64,000 nucleotides of DNA from Macrostomum lignano (taxonomy: Eukaryota). Under the pieces are notes generated by a model. It saw only the letters and a program-made list of their open reading frames with translations, had not been told where the DNA came from and ran no database searches. The translations under genes were made by a program, and so were the position numbers. The DNA lies in the NCBI GenBank assembly GCA_002269645.1, contig NIVC01000514.1, forward strand, positions 1 through 64,000, written 5' to 3'. Shown piece after piece: positions 47,901-58,982 of the stretch (position 1 is its first letter; every line of letters starts with the position of its first letter).

Positions 47901-50617
47901 GCTAACAAAACTATGACTAACAAGACTATGTTTTAGCTTTTATAAATATAGGCTATACAAAGGCATAGCCCTTGGCCAACTAAGACAATCTAGATAGGTA
48001 AAAATACTAATAGCCAAGGTAAGTTGCAAAAATTATATTCCCAAAATGCAAAGAAAAAAGGATAAGAAAGAAGCAAGGCAAGAGAACTAAGAACAAAAGA
48101 AGAAAAAAATGAAACATAAACTAAATAAGAGGGGTAAGAGCCAATGAAACAAAGCAAAAAAGGAAATATAAGAAGCCAAAACAGTCTTATTTTTTAACTG
48201 AGTTGCATGGAAAAATAGGTAGGAAGGTTGAGTATGCATCATGCATCATGTTCATGCTCATATATTGATGCATGCCACGATCACAATGCCAGCTCTGAAT
48301 CTGTATAAAATTTATGTAGAAATTCCTTAAAAATTAAATGCCTAGTAAATCATTGACTATGTATTTTGCAGTAGGATAAAGCAGGAAACAAATATTTTTT
48401 ATTATCAATGACTTATGGGCATGGCAATATAACCAATATAATCAATATGTATAAATAATAAAAATACCAGGCACATCTCTGTCCTGCCTTTTCAGTTTTT
48501 TAAAATACAGTTATATAATTCAAATACCGCGTGACACGAAGTTAAAAAGTTTAATGTATATACTATTGTTTTTGAAATATAATCTAAAATTTTAATTCTT
48601 TTAAAATAAATCATGTTTGCACAGTTGTGCAAACATACTTAAACTTTATTATTTACACTGAAAGTGTTAAAATTTGTTTAATAATTTTAATAAAAAAATC
48701 CGGTATAGTTTTTGAATTTATTTTTGCGAATTCGCTGAATTGACACGGCTCATTGTCACTTGTCATAATCAATTTATTGAAGGTCGGCATTCTTTTCGAA
48801 TGCTTTCATATCTATAGGCCTAGTCTAGTACGTAGTGCTAGATTCGAAATGTACTAACCGGTATTTTCAATAACACGATATAAATATAAATTAGGTATGC
48901 TGCCCAGCTGCCTTACGATAGGCCTTACTCGGGTGGGTACTAACCATAGACATAAATCAACTGATTGACTCAGTCAGTGCAGTGCACACTGTAGTCTGTA
49001 GGCATAGGCCTAATAGCCTATATTTTTAAAAATGTTATTAGTTCATCTGCCGTCTCTTAGTCTTATTACTAATACCACATTTGTTTATTTTTTAATTTAG
49101 AATTAGATCTATGCATAGGCCCTAGGCCTACTAGTAGCTAGTACTTGCTTTTTGTTTTGAGCATTGGATTTTAAACATGATCGGAACACCGGATTTCAGC
49201 CTATAGACACACTTAGCAACCTTTTCAGTGTGAAACACAACACAGATTTGAGTGTTTAAGTCTTTATGAAGCAGCTTTTCAATATTCTCTTTGACTTTAA
49301 ACTCAATAGGGGCCTAGAATAAACAAATTCAACCCACTTCGCAAAAGTCAATAATGGTGAAAAAGACTTTCACAATGACCATTTTGGTGAGGAACTGCTT
49401 ATCCCTATTGTCCCGTACCAATACCAATAATTCCAATTTTATCCGCACAGATCTGTGTTGATAATTTCTAGGCCTAGGGCCTAGCTTATCCCCAAGGCAG
49501 CTTATTGGAATTGGAATTATTGGCACGATACCATGGGGATAAGCACTTACTTTTGGCAAAATATTTGTTCTAAGCTATTGGTGATGAGTTTTGTTGTTTT
49601 AGGAGAAAGTTAAAAAGAAAAACAACAAACTTTATAAATATAAAGCCTAATTTTATTATAACATGTTTTAGTTCTGTCACAGTTTAATTCAGTTGTTTTA
49701 TTAGTAAGTGCCATTCCATTACAGGGATTTCAAAGTAGAATTTTGGGAACTAGAACTGAAAAACCACACCATTGGCGTCATTATCCCTAATCTATTGATT
49801 GCATAAGCCCTATTGATAGAATACATGTATATAACATAGCTACAAGGAAAGTCGTGAGTTTTTAATTTTCTAACTGCAAATAATTTGCAGTAATAAATAA
49901 TTTATTAAAAGCTTCTCAATTATGTAAAGGGCCCCTCCCGATTTCTTTCTAAAAATAGCTATCGTTTACACTTTAAATTCACGCCAAAAACTACAACGCT
50001 TTTTTGTTTTAATACTCGTGTTTTGTATAATATTTTACGCAAATAAATTTTTGTTTAAAATCTACTAGAATTTTACTATAAATACAGGCAAATTCGGCGG
50101 AAGAGAGAATAACCTCGCGCATCGCGGTTCACTAATAATACAGTTATAACGAATAGTAAGAGTTCCGAGAAAATAAGAATTGAAGAAGTGTTTTCTGTGT
50201 TAATTCCTTTCAAGAAGTAAGAGTGAAGTAGACGGAAGTGTGGACCATATATACTACTGAGAAGAAAGTGTTGAGTAGCAAGAAGTTGCAAAGTAGATCT
50301 GAAGTAATAAGTGTAAGAATAACCGGAGGCTATGACCCTCTGATCTCGGTAACGCCCAAGGACTTGCAAAGTACATGAAATACATATACCAGTAAGCCAA
50401 AATACCGCTCAGGCCATTATTAAGTAGAACGCTACCAGAATAATAGAACGCTACCAGAATAATCAGAAGTGTAAAATCTTTCAGGGCTAACAGTTTTTCT
50501 AAGAATAATACTCAGACTAAATACTCAGACTAAATACTCAGACTAAATACTCAGACCTATTCTAAGAAACATTTCTCGGATTATTCTAAGATTGATAAAC
50601 TCATAATTTATTAATAG

Positions 50618-50900
50618 GATAATCCTGGTGGCAGCTACCAACCTAAGAAGAACACTGAAGAGATTAGTAAATTAGCCCTGTGATAGCTTTTGGTGACAGT
50701 GTGAAATTATTATTAAGAAGAAATAATCACCCCTGGTACAACTTGGTGGCATAACGGTGGAATTCTTATAGAGAGCCAGAAGGCCTGTAACAACTTAGTG
50801 TCTCAGCGGTGGGATTCTCAGTGTATAGGAATCACCACTGTAACAACTTTGGTACCAGCAGTGGGATAACTAAAGAGGGAAGCAAACCCCCTGTAGCAAT
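50618..50900 (+). repeat. Array of TGTAACA + tRNA-Leu PBS-like motifs with variable spacers, 52-54 bp period
   Basis: PBS-like starts at 50626, 50691, 50744, 50796 and 50850; CCTG/CACTG-TAACAACT leaders at 50677, 50732, 50784, 50836 and 50890. Confidence 0.6.
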
Positions 50901-53194
50901 TACCAAATTAGTCACTTTCTTTCATCGAAATGTATATCTATTTAAACTGAAAATTCACTTTGGCCATAAGTATCTTTTGCCAAAATTTCCTTCACTAAAA
51001 TGTGCTGCACCTGAATAAACACTACCAATAAAGATAAAGTGATCAAGGGACAATCTCTCAAGGTAGAGCTGCTCCATAAAGCTGTTCCATAAAGTCTTAA
51101 ATGCTCAAATCCATGTTTCATATTGACCTAAACGGTTGCTTAGTTTATTGGCTGAAATCTAATGTTCCTTGTCTTCTCACAGTTGCGGCAAGTGTTGTAT
51201 ATAAATTTGTTTGCTTTGAGGACCAGAAAAGCTCCTATATTGGAAAAACTAAATGACACTTTTATATAAGAGTTAGAGATCACTGGTTAAAAAAACTCTG
51301 CCATTATTAAATAGCTACTAATATAGGCTTATATGCGGCTTATATGCAATAATTTTGTTATAATGTTAACTTATATGATATGATTAAGGCTATTGATTTT
51401 TGCAATAGAGATCATATAGTCTGCCTATTAGAAACCCTATACATTAAAATTAAAGCCCAAATTAAATAACCAAATTGCAATGGGTAGGGGCAGGGCTAGC
51501 TATCAACTCTGCATATTTTAGTTGACCTTGCAAATAATTGTATTGCAACAAAACCAAAATGCATTCTTCCTCCACCATTATTGTTTTTTTACTTTCTATT
51601 AATAGAGCCTATGTATAAGTTTTTCAAACCATCAACATTTAATCAAATAAAATGTACTTTTATATTTTCTCTTCACTTACTATATAAACTGTTGTTTGCT
51701 TGGTAAATGCTTGGTTGGTTCAAATAAATTTTGACCTTAAAGATATTTTATAGGCCTTAGTTAGATAAAATATATCTTTTAAGTTGAAATTATTAATAGG
51801 CATTAGGACCTAGGCTGTCCTAGGTTTTATTATAGCCCATGGGACCTATAATAATATGACAATTATATAATGACATACATAATATAAATAATAAAATTAG
51901 GCCTAATCTTATATAGGCCTACTTAGGCCTATATCTGATACTATTATAAAAACAAATTATATGAATTTATATTAATCAGTTGTATATAGCTATTTTCCAT
52001 TAACCTTTAATTTCAAAGGTTATACCAAAAGGATAAAAATTCTCAATAAAGAAACAAAATTTTAGAAGATAATATAGGCTTTAAGCTAAAATGCAATTTT
52101 AAACCCTTAGAACAATTTGTATTTTTTAAATAAGATACAACTTTGCATTGCATTGATTCACTTAACTATAAATTAACTATTAGCATTAGCTAGAATTATT
52201 GAAGATATATTGTGATTTGTAACCTCCTAGTATTTAGGCTAAATAGCCATATGTAACCTTTTAAATATACTATATAATATATATAGCTAAACTATTACAT
52301 CATCTTTTAAGGCAAGTATAATCCATATTATTATAATAAAATACTTTTAACCATTGTTAGAGTAATATTACCTTCTATCTTCTAGCAATCAAAAGGTTAG
52401 GCCACAATCATAACAAATTCTTTATATAGAACATACAAAAATTATAAGGTTCATTAGATTCCAAAATTTTGTTTAAGGGTTAAACTGAAATACTTAGATA
52501 TTTATCAATGACTCTAGTGATGTATATTTTAGTTTAATAATAAACTAAATTTATCTAAATTTATTTTATAGTCTATTTGAACAAGTTATATACATTTTGT
52601 TCATCCCAAAATTGCAAAACCCAATATAAAAAAACAATTAAAGCATATACACTAGCAATCTAATGCCCCCCATACATGCGCAACCTCCAAAATTTGGTTG
52701 GCCATGTGACTTAGTTTTAACAAAAATGCAACATAGTTTTTGGCCAAAAATGCGACTTACATGTAAAAAAACCCTAATGCAAAATTAACGCAACTTTGGG
52801 TAAACAGCAGAAGTAACTATAACTGTCTTATTAAGTCAAAATGCCTCGTCAGCTACTTAGTACAACACTAGTTTTTTTTCGGGTGGGCATTTTTGTGACT
52901 TCCTTGGTTGGCTGCCAAATCGGTTGGCCGGATCGGCCGACTTGGCTGACTGTTGCACATGTGTGATACCCCCCTTTGGATCGCTCAATACAAAAGGAAC
53001 AAAAAATATTCATAGAAAACAGTTGAAAAAGCATCTTTTCTTAAGAACCAATTTCGTCTTCAGTTTTATAAATCACCTTATCAAGTACAATTGTCACGGA
53101 CAAAGATGTTTACTATGAATGTCTTTTTTTTCTAAAGTTAACAGAAAGATAATAAAATAAAGATAACAGACACTCCAACTAAATAGAAAACATC

Positions 53195-53580
53195 CCCAAG
53201 ATAGCAAGCATCCCACCAGATAGCAAGCATCCCCCCAGATAGCAAGTATCTATCTAGATAGTAAACACCCCCCCCCTCCCCAAATACCAACCATCCTCCC
53301 GGATAGCAAGCATTCCCCCAGATAGCAAGCATCCCCTAGATAGCAAGCATCCACCCAGATAGCAAGCATCCACCCAGATAGCAAGCATCCACCCAGATAG
53401 CAAGCATCCCCCCAGATAGCAAGCATCTACCCAGATAGCAAGCATCCCCCAAGATAGCAAGCATCCACCCAGATAGCAAGCATCTATCCAGATAGCAAGT
53501 ATTCTGCAGATAGCAAGCATCCACCCAGATAGCAAGCATCTATCCAGATAGCAAGTATTCTGCAGATAGCAAGCATCCCT
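53195..53580. repeat. 19-20-bp minisatellite (CCAGATAGCAAGCATCC(A/C)C); inverted homologue of 62305-62790
   Basis: Direct observation; about 90 bp of flanking sequence is also homologous. Confidence 0.9.
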
Positions 53581-53589
53581 GGATAGAAA

Positions 53590-54340
53590 GAATCATTGGT
53601 TTATCAAGTGCAGTAATCCTTAGTTTATTAAGTGCAATAATCCTTGGTCTATCAAGTGCAGTAATCCTTGGTTTATCAAGTGCAGTAATCCTTGGCTTAT
53701 CAAGTGCAATAATCCTTGGTTTATCAAGTGCAGTAATCCTTGGTTTATTAAGTGCAGTAATCCTTGGCTTATCAAGTGCAATAATCCTTGGTTTATCAAG
53801 TGCAATAATCCTTGGCTTATCAAGTGCAATAATCCTTGGTTTATCAAGTGCAATAATCCTTGGCTTATCAAGTGCAATAATCCTTGGTTTATCAAGTGCA
53901 GTAATCCTTGGCTTATCAAGTGCAATAATCCTTGGTTTATCAAGTGCAATAATCCTTGGTTTATCAAGTGCAGTAATCCTTGGCTTATCAAGTGCAATAA
54001 TCCTTGGTTTATCAAGTGCAATAATCCTTGGCTTATCAAGTGCAATAATCCTTGGTTTATCAAGTGCAGTAATCCTTGGCTTATCAAGTGCAATAATCCT
54101 TGGTTTATCAAGTGCAATAATCCTTGGTTTATCAAGTGCAGTAATCCTTGGCTTATCAAGTGCAATAATCCTTGGTTTATCAAGTGCAGTAATCCTTGGC
54201 TTATCAAGTGCAATAATCCTTGGTTTATTAAGTGCAATAATCCTTGGTTTATCAAGTGCAATAATCCTTGGCTTATCAAGTGCAATAATCCTTGGTTTAT
54301 CAAGTGCAATAATCCTTGGCTTATCAAGTGCAGTAATCAA
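53590..54340. repeat. 24-bp minisatellite (AATCCTTGGTTTATCAAGTGCAAT), about 31 units
   Basis: Direct observation. Confidence 0.95.
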
Positions 54341-54739
54341 TTTCAATTGAAGTTAGGTGTTTATACAAAGTATCCCAGTTTTAAAAATTATACCCTTTTA
54401 GTTATCTTTTAACTTAAAATGCAGTTTGCGTATATACAGCACTTAGTGATCTAAAAAATCAACAGTCATTATCTTAACTTTTGTCATAGGTATCATAGAA
54501 AATTGGCATAATGCTTAACAGAGGGTGGCATCATAAGTTTATTGCATTGATTTCAAGAAAGTTGCCTGTAGAAACCTGTTCAATATGCAGAATTGGAATA
54601 AAGATACCATTCCTCATATCTCTTTAACAGTAGGGCCTTTTAGCCTTTTAGCCTTTTTATCAGGATATACATTGAATTTCTCAAGTCTTAAGGCCCTGCA
54701 ACTTGCTTTTTTGAGAGGGGGGGGAGCACAACAACCCTC

Positions 54740-54925
54740 TTCGAGTTCGTGTGCTGGTGTTTCTCTGCTCCAATGCAGCTGGGGGGAGCACAACAGATAG
54801 TTCTACCCTCTTCTTGAGTTCGTGTGCTGGTGTTTCTCTGCTCCAATGCAGCTGGGGGGAGCACAACAGATAGTTCTACCTTCTTCTTGAGTTCGTGTGC
54901 TGGTGTTTCTCTGCTCCAATGCAGC
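54740..54925. repeat. About 72-bp tandem repeat (about 2.5 units) upstream of CPSF4
   Basis: GAGTTCGTGTGCTGGTGTTTCTCTGCTCCAATGCAGC occurs three times. Confidence 0.85.
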
Positions 54926-55048
54926 AGCGAAAATTGCTAAAGGGGAGATTCCTCAGTTCATCACGGCTTCCATTATTGCATATTCTGTTTGCCTTGGCGC
55001 TGCCTATCTGTATCCAGCTATCAACCGCCTATTGGCACTGAGCCAGCC

Positions 55049-57303
55049 ATGGAGGATCTCATATCCGAGGTCAACGACATCGATTTTTACATCGAAACGC
55101 AGCTGGAGCAGCAGATCGGCCTGCAGCCGCTGCCCTACCCCGGCATGGACAAGTCCGGCAGCGGCGTCTGCACCTTCTACCTGCGCGGCGGCTGCCACAT
55201 GGGCGCCACCTGCCCGTTTCGGCATATCAAAGGCGACCGAACTGTCGTCTGCAAGCACTGGCTGCGCGGCCTGTGCAAGAAGGGCGACGACTGCGAATTC
55301 CTGCACGAGTTTGACATGTCAAAAATGCCCGAGTGCTACTTCTTCACCAAGTTCGGCCAGTGCCTCAACAAGGACTGTCCGTTTCAGCACATCGACCCCA
55401 ACAGCAAGGTAGCTTTATCTACTCAACTTCGGGTATTGCTGTATGCCTGACCAGGGGGAGCAAGGTAGCTTTATCTACTCAACTTCGGTATTGCAGTATG
55501 CCTGACCAAGGGGAGCAAGGTAGCTTTATCTACTCAACTTAGGGTATTGCTGTATGCCTGACCAGGGGGGAGCAAGGTGGCTTTATCTACTCAACTTCGG
55601 GTATTGCAGTATGCCTGACCAGGGGGAGCAAGGTGGCTTTATCTACTCAACTTCGGGTATTGCAGTATGCCTGACCAGGGGGAGCAAGGTGGCTTTATCT
55701 ACTCAACTTCGGGTATTGCAGTATGCCTGACCAGGGGGAGCAAGGTGGCTTTATCTACTCAACTTCGGGTATTGCAGTATGCCTGACCAGGGGGAGCAAG
55801 GTGGCTTTATCTACTCAACTTCGGGTATTGCAATATGCCTGACCAGGGGGAGCAAGGTGGCTTTATCTACTCAACTTCGGGTATTGCTGTATGCCTGACC
55901 AGGGGGAGCAAGGTGGCTTTATCTACTCAACTTCGGGTATTGCAGTATGCCTGACCAGGGGGAGCAAGGTGGCTTTATCTACTCAACTTCGGGTATTGCA
56001 GTATGCCTGACCAGGGGGAGCAAGGTGGCTTTATCTACTCAACTTCGGGTATTGCAGTATGCCTGACCAGGGGGAGCAAGGTGGCTTTATCTACTCAACT
56101 TCGGGTATTGCAGTATGCCTGACCAGGGGGAGCAAGGTGGCTTTATCTACTCAACTTCGGGTATTGCAGTATGCCTGACCAGGGGGAGCAAGGTGGCTTT
56201 ATCTACTCAACTTCGGGTATTGCAGTATGCCTGACCAGGGGGAGCAAGGTGGCTTGGGTTCGTCGTGCTTTTCACACCCACAAGGGCAGCCCTCAAGACA
56301 GAGGGTGCATGACGATGACGATTAGAAAGTCGGGCCGCTGTGCACCCTGTGTGAGCGGGTGTGTGCGTGCTTGTAGCTGTTAGGCTTGGTCCCCACTGCA
56401 GGATCGCTTAGTGTTGTCAATTCACTGCCAATCAACTGCTCACAGGTGCGTCAGTGCGAGTGGTACGACCGCGGCTTCTGCCGCAACGGCCCCAGTTGCA
56501 AGATGCGCCACGTTCGCCGAGTGGCCTGCGTGAACTACCTGAACGGCTTCTGCCCCGAGGGCCCCGACTGCCAGTTCGCGCACCCGCGCTGGGGCCAGAT
56601 GCAGCTTGAGAGCAGCCTGGAGCGCAGGCAGAGCTGGCTGTGCCGCCACTGCGGCGAGCGCGGCCACAAGGTGCAGTTCTGCTTCAAGCTGTCCGAGGAG
56701 GAGCGCCGCGAGGTGCTGGAGCAGATCATGGCCCGCAAGGCTGCCGAGCAGCAGGCCTCCAACCCGCTGCTCAACCCGCAGCTCAAACAGCCGCACGCGC
56801 ACGCCAACCCCGCTCTCATGGAGGCCGCCGCAGCTGCCGCCGCGGCCACTGGGCGAAGCCACGCCCAGCCAGTGCGGCATCACCATGGCTACCGGCATAA
56901 CCATGGCGACCACCAGCACAGGCTGAGCCAGCACCACCCCTACCACCGGCCCGGCCTCAACCGGAACCGGCGCTACCACCGTGGCGGCGGCGGCTTCCAG
57001 CGGAACAGCTACAACAGGTCCCGGCAGCAGCAGCAACAACATCAGGCAGGTGGAGTGGCCGCCGCTGGCGGAGACGGCGGTAGCGAAGCCGGCGGAGGCG
57101 GCGGGCCGCGGCCCCTGTCGGAGGTGACCTGCTTCAAGTGCGGCGAGAAGGGCCACTACGCCAATGCCTGCCACAAGGGCCACCTGGCTTTCCTCAGCAA
57201 GGCCGACCAGGAGGAGCTCAAGCAGCAGCAGGAGCAGCATCATCAGGTTGAGCAGCCGCAGGAGGAGACCGCGATGTCGGAGGCTGGAGAGAATGCTGTC
57301 TGA
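55049..57303 (+). CDS. CPSF4: Cleavage and polyadenylation specificity factor subunit 4 (CPSF30/clipper)
   Basis: Exons 55049-55408 ([40 protein letters not shown]) and 56446-57303 ([32 protein letters not shown]; two CCHC knuckles including [14 protein letters not shown]). AATAAA at 57473. Confidence 0.95.
55403..56254 (+). repeat. 56-bp minisatellite containing the CPSF4 exon 1 donor (about 15 units)
   Basis: Unit AGCAAG|GT(A/G)GCTTTATCTACTCAACTTCGGGTATTGCAGTATGCCTGACCAGGGGG. Confidence 0.95.
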
Positions 57304-57612
57304 TTGATCAATAACAGCTCGTGTTCTGTATTTGTCTGTTTATTTCCTCAATGCAGTTTTTATCTATTGTGCTGTTGAACACCGCTAGCAGTACAATTAT
57401 TGCTATTTCAACTGAATGAATTCGTCAGATTTTGGACAAGCTGATGGCATTACGCATGTTTCAGTTCTGTTAAATAAATTATAATATAATGAATTGTGCG
57501 CTTGAGTCGTTATTTAACAATGTTATACGTGTTTTTATTTACGAGTATGTTGATTTAAGTGGCAAATAAGATATTCAGACATAAATTCCCGAGTTCATTT
57601 GGTTTATTTGTG

Positions 57613-58112
57613 ACGGAGGTCCCGAACTAGGGGCGGAGGTCCTGATCTAGGGGCGGAGGTCCTGATCTAGGGGCGGAGGTCCTGATCTAGGGGCGGAGGT
57701 CCTGATCTAGGGGCGGAGGTCCTGATCTAGGGGCGGAGATCCTGATCTAGGGGCGGAGGTCCTGATCTAGGGGCGGAGGTCCTGATCTAGGGGCGGAGGT
57801 CCTGATCTAGGGGCGGAGGTCCTGATCTAAGGGCGGAGGTCCTGATCTAAGGGCGGAGGTCCTGATCTAGGGGCGGAGGTCCTGATCTAGGGGCGGAGGT
57901 CCTGATCTAGGGGCGGAGGTCCTGATCTAGGGGCGGAGGTCCTGATCTAGGGGCGGAGGTCCTGATCTAGGGGCGGAGGTCCTGATTTAGGGGCGGAGGT
58001 CCCGAACTAGGGGCGGAGGTCCCGAACTAGGGGCGGAGGTCCCGAACTAGGGGCGGAGGTCCCTAACTAGGGGCGGAGGTCCCGAACTAGGGGCGGAGGT
58101 CCAGATCTAGGG
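57613..58112. repeat. 20-bp GC-rich minisatellite (GGGGCGGAGGTCCTGATCTA), about 25 units
   Basis: Direct observation. Confidence 0.95.
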
Positions 58113-58534
58113 AGTTCGGGCAACTGCGGGTGCGTGCAGGGCCAGGGACGGCTGGGTAAGCTGATGGCCGCCTACTGCCAGCAAGTGGCAGGACAGACAA
58201 CATGTGCGACGAATGTTCAGATCAGATTGATCAATATTATCTCTATTTTTATATTTCCCGATCCGACTGGTTCTTGAGAAGAAATCCTGGCCCAATCTTA
58301 TACTTGATAATTGCAATCTCTTAGCATTATAAAAGCCCCTGTCACAAAACCCAAAACTCGTTACATTCGATCTAAAAAACCTTAACGGCCCGTTCTTAAT
58401 ATGTGCAACCAGATTCCCTAATCCCCACCGGAGCGATCCAGTTCTGCTTTGATGGCGCCAACTTTCACGAGACTGACACCCGGCATTGCTGCAATTGGAA
58501 GGGGTTGCTATACTGGAATCAGTGGGTTTTTTCC

Positions 58535-58832
58535 TAAAATCATTGGTTGCTATGCTGGAATCAGTGGTTGCTATGCTGGAATCATTGGTTGCTATGCTGG
58601 AATCAGTGGTTGCTATGCTGGAATCATTGGTTGCTATGCTGGAATCAGTGGTTGCTATGCTGGAATCAGTGGTTGGTTGCTATGCTGGGATCAGTGGTTG
58701 CTATGCTGGAATCAGTGGTTTGCTATGTTGGAATCAGTGGTTGCTATGCTGGAATCAGTGGTTGCTATGCTGGAATCAGTGGTTGCTATGCTGGAATCAG
58801 TGGTTGCTATGCTGGAATCAGTGGTTGCTATG
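58535..58832. repeat. 21-bp minisatellite (TGGTTGCTATGCTGGAATCAG)
   Basis: Direct observation. Confidence 0.92.
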
Positions 58833-58982
58833 TTGTATCCGTGGAATTTTATGCTGAAGTTAAAAATTGCTGTACTGTGATGGTGGTTGCTATGCTAATA
58901 TGGATAGTTTGATGTTGGAACCGTGTGTCGCTACATGTATGCTGGCGCTCGAACAGAGGGTTGCCATGCCAATTACTTCCAG

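Noticed and set aside
50618-50900. CRISPR array
   Set aside because: Eukaryotic context, no cas genes, only about 5 degenerate repeats, and the repeats resemble LTR-end/PBS sequence.
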